A stretch of 48,667 nucleotides of DNA, taken from positions 1 to 48,667 of the IMG/VR virus record IMGVR_UViG_3300044645_000674; one strand, 5' to 3'. The stretch is from a virus. Taxonomy: Duplodnaviria > Caudoviricetes. Position 1 is the first letter of the stretch. Each line of letters opens with the position of its first letter. The notes under the pieces are model-generated. The model ran no database searches, was not told where the DNA came from, and worked only from the letters and a program-made list of their open reading frames with translations. Made by a program: the position numbers and the translations under genes. Shown here one piece after another: positions 1 to 9,031 of this stretch.

Positions 1-3000
1 CAACAACAACTTGATAGTACTCCACCATTACAAATATTACCACAACCAAAAGATGAACAAAATTTAGCAGGTTACTCAATGAATGCTACTGGTCAAATTG
101 TAATTCTTCCTGAAGGATTCCGTACACATGGAACTCATTCTCATGAATTATCTCATTCTTCTGATAGACCAGTTAGAGGTAAGAGAAGCAGATTAATTCC
201 ACAGAGAGATGTTGATTATATAAATAAAAATAAAGCAAAAACTATTGCAGATAGTAGGGCATATCATAACTATAAAGATGAGTATGACTCTATATTTAAA
301 GAATACCCTGAATATAAACAACAAGTAGATGATAGTTTTAGAGAGTTTTCATCAGATTATGTAGGTGAACCAACTGAAGTAAGAGCAAGACTCAATGCAA
401 TTAGACAACTTGCAAAAGAAGCTAACTTATACGATCCCTTTACTGAAGGAGTTTCTCCAGACTTATACTATAAAAAGTTAAAGAACTACCAGTATGAGAA
501 AAGAGATAAATCAGGGTTTGATCCAATGAAACAACTCCAAGACACATTTAGTGATGAAGAGATTATTTGGATGTTAAATAATGTATCTAAGAATCAAGAT
601 CAGAACACAGAACTAGATGTTGCACAAGAAGGTGGTGAACCAAATTCAAAAACTACTTTTTATACAGTAGAAGGTAGTGATGGTGTCTATAGAAAAGTAA
701 ATGGTAGATGGGAAGTAGACTGGAATAGATCTGGAAAGTTTCAACCTTTATCAAAAGGTGATGTAAAAAAGAGAGCAGCTGTACTAGATAAGAAAGCTAA
801 ACCATTATATGATGCTACATATGATGACCTATATGCAACTCAGAGAAGTTCCTATACGGCTGCACCAAAACCTACACCAGCTAAAAAACCTACTGCTCAG
901 AATAAAGCAGCACAAGAAAAGTTTGATAAATCTTTTGCAGTTACTGATAAGAGTAAGATGGAAGTTGTAGAGGATAAGATACAAAAAGGTATAGATGACT
1001 ATGCAAAATACCATCAAGAAAAAACCGGTAAACCACTAACTCAAGAAGAATATAATGATGCTTACAAAGATATCTATAATAGAGCTTATGTAAATGCTGG
1101 AGTATATAAGCCTACTATGAGTGGGCCTACTATTAATCCATATGGAACTACTGCAGAGAGAAAGAACTTAGTTTCATTAGATCCTGGAAATGCTCCGAAG
1201 AATCTAACCTTGGGTGACTATGTAGAGAAAGGTTGGGATGTAGTAACTAATCCGCTTGACTATGCATCATATGCATTAAGACCAAAGGGTACAGTTACTA
1301 CTCCATGGAATATGACTAACTATGAGAATAGATTAGAAGCTGCTGGACTTGAAGATCCAGTTACAGCAAACAATAATGTAAATAAAGCTCTTGACTTTGC
1401 ATCATACTTTATAGGTCCAGGAATGGTTGCTCAAGGACTAAAGATGGTCCCTGGTACAGTAAACAGTATTGGTAGAGCATTTGAAGATCCTTCTTGGGAA
1501 AATGCAGGTGATGCTTTGTATAATACAGGTATGGCAGCTTTATCTATTGCTCCTGGATTTGGTATGGCTAAAAATCTTGCTAAACCTGCAGCAACACTTG
1601 ATGATCTAAGAGCTATTGAAGCTCTAAGAGGTAATACAGCAACTACTCCATTCCAAAGTTATTTTCTTACTGGTGATAGAGCACTAGGTGCTTCAGAAGC
1701 AGCTGTACAGCAAGCAGGGGCTCTACGTAGATTTACTGGACAACAACCACTTGAACTACCTGTAGGACAATCTGAATGGTTTAATCCAAAAAATAAAGAG
1801 CTTTATGATAAGTTACAGCAAGAACTTGCACAGCAAAAAGCAGCATCTGAAGCATTATCAGGTTTTGGTGGAAAAGAAGCTTTAGATAAAATTGATAAGT
1901 CTAAAGTAACTAATGAAGCTTTTAAGAAACTCATCATGGGTGATGATCTCAAGTTTAAGATAGATGACTTTCCAGATACACCAAGAATACCAGTTAGATA
2001 TGCTGGTCTAGAACAAATTAGACCTGGAGGTAACCGTATATTATTAAATGCAGTTCCAGAAACACCAACACCAAGTCTTAGACTTCCAAGAGGAACTGCA
2101 CAACAGAATGCATTATCAGATTTAGAAAGTCTTAGAAAACAAACCATAATGGGTCAAGATGAAGCATTCCTTACATTTAATGACTTGCAAGAACAAAAAT
2201 TAAAAGATCTTAATACTCCAGAAGGAAGACGTAGAATTCAAGAATTCATTGATGATAACAATTTAAGAGGATCATATGATGAGGGCAATTATTTTCAACT
2301 AGCAGATGAATATGTAACAAAACTTCCAGAAATAATTAAAAATTCAGATGCTAATGAAATTAATAGTATAATTGAGAGAGTTAAAAATTATCAAAATGAC
2401 AGAGGACTTATGGGCACTAGAAGTGCTAAGAATTCTGGACTAGGGTCATGGGATGAATTAACTGCCGCAGATCTTGAAAGAGTAGTTAATCCTACTGGTA
2501 TTAATGATATGATATTAAAGCAAACTATATCAGGTTCTCTTGCTAAAACAGATCCAAGAAATACAGAGGGTTTTACAAAACTTACAGTTGATGACTATAT
2601 TCAACGTATTGAAGAAACTAAGTATGATGACATGTTCCTGCAAATTTCAGGTGAAGAAATGCGTGTTAAAAACATAGAGAAAAGTTTAAAAGATAAGGTT
2701 AATGAAAGGAACCAATTAAGAAGAGAATATGATGCGGGTAATATATCTCAAGCAGATTATAAGAAAACTCAAAGAGTACTTAATCAAGATGTTTTAGATT
2801 TAGAATTACAATTAAAAAATGCTGAAGCTACTTTAAAAAATTTAACTCAGTACTTAAATAGAAGTAATGCAAATGCAGATTTAGAGGAAAACTCAATAAA
2901 TATTGGTAACCTATATACAAGTATTGGAAACTTACAACCAACTATGTATCATGAATTTGGACATATAACAGAAGGTTCATTCATACCACTTGGTTCAAAT

Positions 3001-4566
3001 TCAGCAATTGATAGAGATCTAATTACTAATATTGATTTCTTAGATGAAGCACCAGAATATCTATTTCAGTCTATTAATCCAGATAAAGTACTATCTGAAA
3101 CAGCCCCATATAATCTTACTCGTCAAGGAATAGAAAAGTATAAAGATCCTGATGGATACTTTAATAGTTCAAAAGAATATTTCTTAGAAGGAGGTAATGG
3201 TCATTTTAGTACAAGTATGGAACCAGCTGCCTTTGCAGTTGAATTACGTCCTGCTCTAAAAAGAATTGGGTTAATTAAAAATGATTTTGATAAAGTTACA
3301 CCAGAGATGTTGAAAAAACTTTATGAAGCATACACATCTAATCCAGAATTCAAATTCTTAGATCTTAGGATCTTTGACATTATGAAGCCTACTGAAAAAT
3401 CATTTAAGACTCTTTCTAAAAATCTTAATAAGATTAAGGGTATTGCACCATATGCCATACCTGTTGGTCTTGGTGTTGGAGCTACTGGTCTTGCTGGTCA
3501 AGAAGAAATGCAGCAAGATATGGAATACCAAGATGGTGGTATTATAATGGAACTAACAGATGATGAAATACAACAATATGCTAATGGTGGATTTGTAGTA
3601 GAAGAATTAGACTATAAACCAGATGCTGGTAAACCTATAAATAAAAAAACTACTACATCAAATGTAGGATATACTCCAAAAACTATTTCTACACCAAAAG
3701 TTAGTACTGCTCCAAAAATTAATCTTAATACTGAGGGACTATCTTATAAACCTACAGCATCTGTAAAAACTCAAAATGTAAATCCTAAGCCTACAGTTAA
3801 TCCAAAACCACAAGAGACTGCTAAACCAAAACCAAAACCAGTTCCTGAGATCACTGTAGATAGTATGTCTACTATATTAAACAAATATGATATTGGTAAT
3901 TCATCACCTGTTATGACTGTTGATAGTTTTCAAACTATTATTAATAAACAAGAACAGGAGAGAATAGCTAAGGCTGAGAAACTTAGAAAACAGATTGAAG
4001 CTAGTCAGAAAAAAATAGAAAAAGAAAGCAAACCATCTTATAAATATCCTGAAGTATTTGTTGAAGGAATGCCAAATATTAGAACTACTCAAAGCCAAAG
4101 CTTTATTCAGGGTCGTCCTTTAAAAAATGAAGTAAAGAAAGTAGTTCTTCACCATACAGGATCTACAGATGAAAAGAACAATAGTAAGTATGTACACAAC
4201 CACTTTATGAATCCTGAAAGTGAAACATCTGCACATATTGTAATTGAAGAAGATGGACAAAGAACTATCTATGCATCTCCAGACCAAGTAACTTTTCATG
4301 CTGGAAAATCATCATGGGATGGTAGAAGTAATGTAAATGACTTTGGTATTGGTGTTGAGTTCCAAGGAGACACAAATGTTAAACCACTAACAAGTGCTCA
4401 AATTAAATCATTTGTAGAGTACTTTGACCAACTTGCTAAGCAGTATAATGTGAGTACTGAAGATATTATTACTCATGCTATGATTGCACCAGGTAGAAAA
4501 CCTGATATAACTGATAGTGAGTACAGAAGAATTCTCAAGTACTTAAAGAGTAGAGGATATAAGTAA
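1..4566 (+). CDS. Large virion/cargo protein (5'-truncated) with two HExxH zincin-like modules and a C-terminal N-acetylmuramoyl-L-alanine amidase (Amidase_2-like)
   Basis: The frame is open from base 1, with no stop before ATG 79. HELSH at 142-156 and HEFGH at 2950-2964. The C-terminal VVLHHTG...SAHIVI...FHAGKSSW...NDFGIGVEF...THAMIAPGRKPD is a typical Zn amidase signature (about 4130-4560). Confidence 0.8.
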   Translation, partial: QQQLDSTPPLQILPQPKDEQNLAGYSMNATGQIVILPEGFRTHGTHSHELSHSSDRPVRGKRSRLIPQRDVDYINKNKAKTIADSRAYHNYKDEYDSIFKEYPEYKQQVDDSFREFSSDYVGEPTEVRARLNAIRQLAKEANLYDPFTEGVSPDLYYKKLKNYQYEKRDKSGFDPMKQLQDTFSDEEIIWMLNNVSKNQDQNTELDVAQEGGEPNSKTTFYTVEGSDGVYRKVNGRWEVDWNRSGKFQPLSKGDVKKRAAVLDKKAKPLYDATYDDLYATQRSSYTAAPKPTPAKKPTAQNKAAQEKFDKSFAVTDKSKMEVVEDKIQKGIDDYAKYHQEKTGKPLTQEEYNDAYKDIYNRAYVNAGVYKPTMSGPTINPYGTTAERKNLVSLDPGNAPKNLTLGDYVEKGWDVVTNPLDYASYALRPKGTVTTPWNMTNYENRLEAAGLEDPVTANNNVNKALDFASYFIGPGMVAQGLKMVPGTVNSIGRAFEDPSWENAGDALYNTGMAALSIAPGFGMAKNLAKPAATLDDLRAIEALRGNTATTPFQSYFLTGDRALGASEAAVQQAGALRRFTGQQPLELPVGQSEWFNPKNKELYDKLQQELAQQKAASEALSGFGGKEALDKIDKSKVTNEAFKKLIMGDDLKFKIDDFPDTPRIPVRYAGLEQIRPGGNRILLNAVPETPTPSLRLPRGTAQQNALSDLESLRKQTIMGQDEAFLTFNDLQEQKLKDLNTPEGRRRIQEFIDDNNLRGSYDEGNYFQLADEYVTKLPEIIKNSDANEINSIIERVKNYQNDRGLMGTRSAKNSGLGSWDELTAADLERVVNPTGINDMILKQTISGSLAKTDPRNTEGFTKLTVDDYIQRIEETKYDDMFLQISGEEMRVKNIEKSLKDKVNERNQLRREYDAGNISQADYKKTQRVLNQDVLDLELQLKNAEATLKNLTQYLNRSNANADLEENSINIGNLYTSIGNLQPTMYHEFGHITEGSFIPLGSNSAIDRDLITNIDFLDEAPEYLFQSINPDKVLSETAPYNLTRQGIEKYKDPDGYFNSSKEYFLEGGNGHFSTSMEPAAFAVELRPALKRIGLIKNDFDKVTPEMLKKLYEAYTSNPEFKFLDLRIFDIMKPTEKSFKTLSKNLNKIKGIAPYAIPVGLGVGATGLAGQEEMQQDMEYQDGGIIMELTDDEIQQYANGGFVVEELDYKPDAGKPINKKTTTSNVGYTPKTISTPKVSTAPKINLNTEGLSYKPTASVKTQNVNPKPTVNPKPQETAKPKPKPVPEITVDSMSTILNKYDIGNSSPVMTVDSFQTIINKQEQERIAKAEKLRKQIEASQKKIEKESKPSYKYPEVFVEGMPNIRTTQSQSFIQGRPLKNEVKKVVLHHTGSTDEKNNSKYVHNHFMNPESETSAHIVIEEDGQRTIYASPDQVTFHAGKSSWDGRSNVNDFGIGVEFQGDTNVKPLTSAQIKSFVEYFDQLAKQYNVSTEDIITHAMIAPGRKPDITDSEYRRILKYLKSRGYK

Positions 4567-4615
4567 ACTAAATAAGTTTACAGTTTAAATTTTAATTTAC
4601 TATATTTAGTATATA
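4563..4615 (+). promoter_or_regulatory. Intergenic element: inverted repeat GTAAACT-N5-AGTTTAC followed by a TATATTTA box; candidate late promoter or operator
   Basis: The same TAAACT-N5-AGTTTA palindrome and a downstream ATATTT..TA.TATA box recur in the other long + strand intergenic gap (11345-11396). Confidence 0.45.
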
Positions 4616-4624
4616 CACTGTGTA

Positions 4625-7600
4625 ATGAAGAAGAAAGTAAGAATCTATAAGGCTCCAGATGGAAAAGGGAAGTATGTAAATAAGACTTCTAAGTTTCTAG
4701 CTAAAGCACAAATGGGTGGAACTCCGGATCCATCAATGTTAGCATATCCTGGAGCACAGCCTGCTCAAGAGCAAGATCCAACAAACCAAATAATTCAGTA
4801 TATTGTTAATGATATTACTAATCAAGTAGAAAAAGAAAAGACAATATTCAAGTTGATAAATATCATGGGTCTTCCTGTTGATGCAGCTACACAATTATAC
4901 TCAGTTGTTGCTGAAAAAATTACGGAAGATATTGAAAAAGCAGATGATGCTGTATATGAAGAAGAGACTGGTCAACCAAGAAAGAAAGAAAATCCTCTTA
5001 CTAAAGATGCAGTAATTACTCAAAGACCAGAAGAAGATGATCAGGACTTTGACTATGATCTTTATAGTACAACTGGTAGAGATATTGCAATGGAAGAATC
5101 TAATGAACCAGATATTCTTGATGAAGCATTAGATCCACTTGCTGAACAGAGATACGGTGGTATTACAAGATCATATCAATACGGTGGGACATATGAGAAT
5201 GCTCTCCCAGATACAGAAACTTATGAGTCACTTGTAGAACCAATGACTGGATATGATATGATTTCACAAATGGCATGGAGCTCTGAAACAGAAGATGAAG
5301 AATCTCCTTATTATGGAAACTATGCTAATACAACCTTAGACTATTCTAAACTACAGAATGGTGGTGCTTATAAAAAAGCAAAGAAAAAGTATGTAAATTC
5401 TGTAATGAATCTTCTCAAGAAACAAATGGGAGGAGATAATGGTAGTGAAGTAGATCCAAATCAAGGTGATCCTACTGGTGCAAACTTTAGAGAGGGTAAA
5501 CTAAAAATGTTTACAAACTCATTAAAGAATAATGCTCAAATGATTGCAATGCAAAATCAGGTTGAACAGCAGTATGATCAGATGATGCAAGAAGGTGGTA
5601 CTCCAATGCAAGAATCTGGTATTCCAATGCCAGAACAAGATGTTGAGAATCCAATGCATCACTTAAACCTATATTCTCAGACTACTAGTGGAATCTTTGG
5701 TAATCCAATGAATGAAACAGTCAAAGCACAGTTTGGACTTAATATTGGTCGCCACAATGAATCAGACATACCAAGAGGTTTTTATAGAAGAACTATGAGA
5801 AGATTTGGTAATATTCCAAATCTTAGAGAAGTTGATGTAAGAAAGTCTGGATTATTTGGACCAAAGCAATATACTATGTACTTTGACCCACTACCACTAC
5901 AACAGTTAAATAACCCTATAGCTGCTACTCAATATGGTTATGGTAGTAATTCAACTAAGATGGTTACTAAAACACCTGCAAAAGTTGTTTATAAGAATGC
6001 AATCATTAAGGATGTTAATAACCAAACATTAAAAGAAGTTGAAGGTAATACTCCAGATAATAAAGCTACGGAACAAGATCAAAATCAAGAAGTGAAGAGC
6101 CAAGTTCCTGTAGCTACTCAATCTCAAGTACAGAGAATTCCAACTAGTTCTTCTTCTGGTTCAGGCAGTTCTGCTACTCCTGTTGTTACAGAACGTATAG
6201 ATGCATGGGGTCGTGCCCCTGGTGATAGATGGTATGGGTTTGATGAAACTAAGAAAATATTCACTGAAGCAAGTGCTTATCAACCAACTTCAGCAGCAAC
6301 AAGATTATATGCAGCAGCTAATCCAGAAGGTGTATACTATAAAGAAGATGGTAGATACTATAAACAAGTAGGTGATAACTATTTTGAAATTGCAGATCCT
6401 GCTAGGATTAAACAACTTAAAGAAAGTCAAGTACTCAATTACCAAAAAATACCTGGTGTTGGTACAACATATTCAAAAGATGCTTTTGGTAATTGGGTTT
6501 ATTATGATGAGAAGGCTGGAAAGTTTAGACCTTCTACTGATAAAGCTAGACTGGAAGCACTAGAAGCTGGTAGAGCTAGATCTGCTGCATTTGGTACTCT
6601 AAAAGATAAACCAGGATACTACTATAGAATTGCAAATGATGGATCATTTATTAAGTTTAAAGGTGATCCTGCAAAGCATACAAAGTCTAAACAACCTATT
6701 GCTACAATTAAAAAAGGTGACAAAGAATATAACTATGTTGCTAAGAACATAAAAGTAAGTGAAACTTTACTACCTGCGGTAGCTCCTATGGGAAATAACA
6801 TGGAGCAATTTAATGAAAAACTTAAAGCAGCTAAAGTAATGCAGTATGGTGGTGGTATTGAGAATCCATTTGCTAATCCTCTTGAACCATTGCAAAAGTT
6901 TGTAGGTGGTGGATATGATCCTTCAATTCCAGATCTTACAGAAGATAATATTCAGTATGTAAATTCAAAGGATATGAGTGATCCTTATTTCCAAGGAGGT
7001 GGTCTTATCAAATCTCTTATACCAGCTAACTTAGTTAGAAGTGGTAGTAATGATGTAGTACAAAGAATATACAATCCTGTAACCGGTGAAACATATTCTC
7101 AAGCACCAGCAACTTCAGCAAGACAAATTGCTGCTATTGATGTTAAGAGAAGAGGAATAACTGGTAGACCAAAGAAGTATACTGTTTATTATGGTGCACC
7201 TGGTAGTATGCCACCAAGAGACACTAAAGAACAAGATGTCAAACAAAAAGATGGTGCTAAGAAAGAAGTTAAAACAGATGAGGCTGCATTAGCAAGACAA
7301 ACAGCACTAGAGAATGCTGGTTATGGTCAAAGAACTGATGTCTCTGGTCTTAAAGCTAAATCTAAAAGAGCTATCAGACAGGGAGAAAGAAAGAGAGATA
7401 GAGACCTTGAAAAACTTTATGAAGTAGATCCTACCAGTGTAGAGTTTGACCCAATCAATATAGATGCTCCGTTTGATAGAACTGCATCTAACAACAGTAC
7501 ATATTATCTTCCTGATCTAACTGAAACAACAGCAGAAGAAGACTTTGCAGTATGGGGTAGACCAAAAGATGCAATGGAACAAACAAACGCACTTATACTC

Positions 7601-9022
7601 CCAGAAGGTGAAGTTGATGAATCTGGATTTGGTCAATTAAGACAAATGACAACAGACTTTGGTCCTATGTCAATGGAAGGTCCGCTTGCAACTGAAGAGG
7701 ATGAGATCACTCCATTTGAGCAAGAATACATGCAGGGTTATGAACCAACTATTACGCAAGAAATGTTGGATGATGCTGCACAGTTACAGTTACCCACTCC
7801 AATGACAAACATGGGAGCATGGTCCGGAATGGACTATCCTGCAGAAATTATTCAACCTGGTGTGAATCCATTTGATTTACCTGTGTCTGGTGGGGAAGAT
7901 TATTATCCTCCATTTGCACAACCTGTTGCAAAACCTATTACACAACCTGTTACACAACCCATAAAACCTAAGCAAAATAAAACACAGACTCTTGATGAAT
8001 GGAGAGCTAGTGAAAGAAAACGTAGTAACTATGGTAAGACCTATACCTATAAGCCTAATATGACAGGTATGGAAAAAGATCCTGATTATAATAGAGCAAT
8101 GCAAAGTGCACGTAAAGATGGTGTTGTAACTAATCAAGAAGCAGAGAATGCTACAAGACTTTATAAACAAAAACAAGCTGAACAAGAAAAAGCTAAAATT
8201 GCTGCTCAAGCACAAAGAACTATAGATCAAATCATGAGTACTTCAGCATCAGCTGCTGAAAAAAATAAAGCTAAAGAAAAGGTTATCCTACAAATGCAAC
8301 AAAGATGGGATATCATTGACAGAGCTGTAAACAGTAAAAAATATGGTGGGGATCTAAGAAGATTTGTTGGTGGTGGGAATCAACCATTTACAGGTGAAAA
8401 TCCTGTAGCATATACTAATAATCCAGCAATACAAGGTGCACAGGGTCAAATTAACTGGAACCAAATGTCATCTCCAGGTCTTGTTACACAAATGAATACT
8501 GATGGAACTAAATCTTATGGTGTTGATGCAACCTATAAAGGTCTTCAACCATATGATAACATGGAGAGAATGGAGAAGATGCCAACTCTTTCTGCATCAG
8601 CTGGTCTTAGAGGTTTTGCAAAAGGTACGGATCAACTTGCTGGAGTTAACACTCCATTAGCTGTTGATGTTAAAAACAAACTTACACAGGGTGAAAGAGA
8701 AGCTAGATTAATAGCTGGTAATGCTTTATTACGTGGTGTTGCTGGATATAAGAATAGACTAGATGACACTAAACAAATGGAAGGCTTCTTTGACAACTTT
8801 ACTGCTGATAATCTCTATGCTTCTGATCCAAGTCGTGACAGAGGAGACTATGCTGAATCTGGACTATACAGACCAGATGAACAAGGTCAAACATGGTACG
8901 GTAGATCTGCACAAATGGGTGGTTATATAGATGATGACTTTGAAGATGGAGAAGAAGTTTATATGACAGATGATGAGATCAAACAGTACATGGCAAACGG
9001 TGGCCAAATAGAATTTATTTAA
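4625..9022 (+). CDS. Hypothetical virion/cargo protein (1465 aa), low complexity, many x-x-x-GG motifs
   Basis: Long ORF, Q/E/P/M-rich, no Cys seen, with internal repeats; lies in the structural/cargo block upstream of the virion RNAP. Confidence 0.7.
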   Translation: MKKKVRIYKAPDGKGKYVNKTSKFLAKAQMGGTPDPSMLAYPGAQPAQEQDPTNQIIQYIVNDITNQVEKEKTIFKLINIMGLPVDAATQLYSVVAEKITEDIEKADDAVYEEETGQPRKKENPLTKDAVITQRPEEDDQDFDYDLYSTTGRDIAMEESNEPDILDEALDPLAEQRYGGITRSYQYGGTYENALPDTETYESLVEPMTGYDMISQMAWSSETEDEESPYYGNYANTTLDYSKLQNGGAYKKAKKKYVNSVMNLLKKQMGGDNGSEVDPNQGDPTGANFREGKLKMFTNSLKNNAQMIAMQNQVEQQYDQMMQEGGTPMQESGIPMPEQDVENPMHHLNLYSQTTSGIFGNPMNETVKAQFGLNIGRHNESDIPRGFYRRTMRRFGNIPNLREVDVRKSGLFGPKQYTMYFDPLPLQQLNNPIAATQYGYGSNSTKMVTKTPAKVVYKNAIIKDVNNQTLKEVEGNTPDNKATEQDQNQEVKSQVPVATQSQVQRIPTSSSSGSGSSATPVVTERIDAWGRAPGDRWYGFDETKKIFTEASAYQPTSAATRLYAAANPEGVYYKEDGRYYKQVGDNYFEIADPARIKQLKESQVLNYQKIPGVGTTYSKDAFGNWVYYDEKAGKFRPSTDKARLEALEAGRARSAAFGTLKDKPGYYYRIANDGSFIKFKGDPAKHTKSKQPIATIKKGDKEYNYVAKNIKVSETLLPAVAPMGNNMEQFNEKLKAAKVMQYGGGIENPFANPLEPLQKFVGGGYDPSIPDLTEDNIQYVNSKDMSDPYFQGGGLIKSLIPANLVRSGSNDVVQRIYNPVTGETYSQAPATSARQIAAIDVKRRGITGRPKKYTVYYGAPGSMPPRDTKEQDVKQKDGAKKEVKTDEAALARQTALENAGYGQRTDVSGLKAKSKRAIRQGERKRDRDLEKLYEVDPTSVEFDPINIDAPFDRTASNNSTYYLPDLTETTAEEDFAVWGRPKDAMEQTNALILPEGEVDESGFGQLRQMTTDFGPMSMEGPLATEEDEITPFEQEYMQGYEPTITQEMLDDAAQLQLPTPMTNMGAWSGMDYPAEIIQPGVNPFDLPVSGGEDYYPPFAQPVAKPITQPVTQPIKPKQNKTQTLDEWRASERKRSNYGKTYTYKPNMTGMEKDPDYNRAMQSARKDGVVTNQEAENATRLYKQKQAEQEKAKIAAQAQRTIDQIMSTSASAAEKNKAKEKVILQMQQRWDIIDRAVNSKKYGGDLRRFVGGGNQPFTGENPVAYTNNPAIQGAQGQINWNQMSSPGLVTQMNTDGTKSYGVDATYKGLQPYDNMERMEKMPTLSASAGLRGFAKGTDQLAGVNTPLAVDVKNKLTQGEREARLIAGNALLRGVAGYKNRLDDTKQMEGFFDNFTADNLYASDPSRDRGDYAESGLYRPDEQGQTWYGRSAQMGGYIDDDFEDGEEVYMTDDEIKQYMANGGQIEFI

Positions 9023-9031
9023 TTTTATATC

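Noticed and set aside
7915-7970. Short imperfect 12-nt tandem repeat (QPVA/KPIT/QPVT/QPIK); also (GAT)6 near 36965
   Set aside because: These are coding low-complexity sequences, not a CRISPR array or regulatory repeat.
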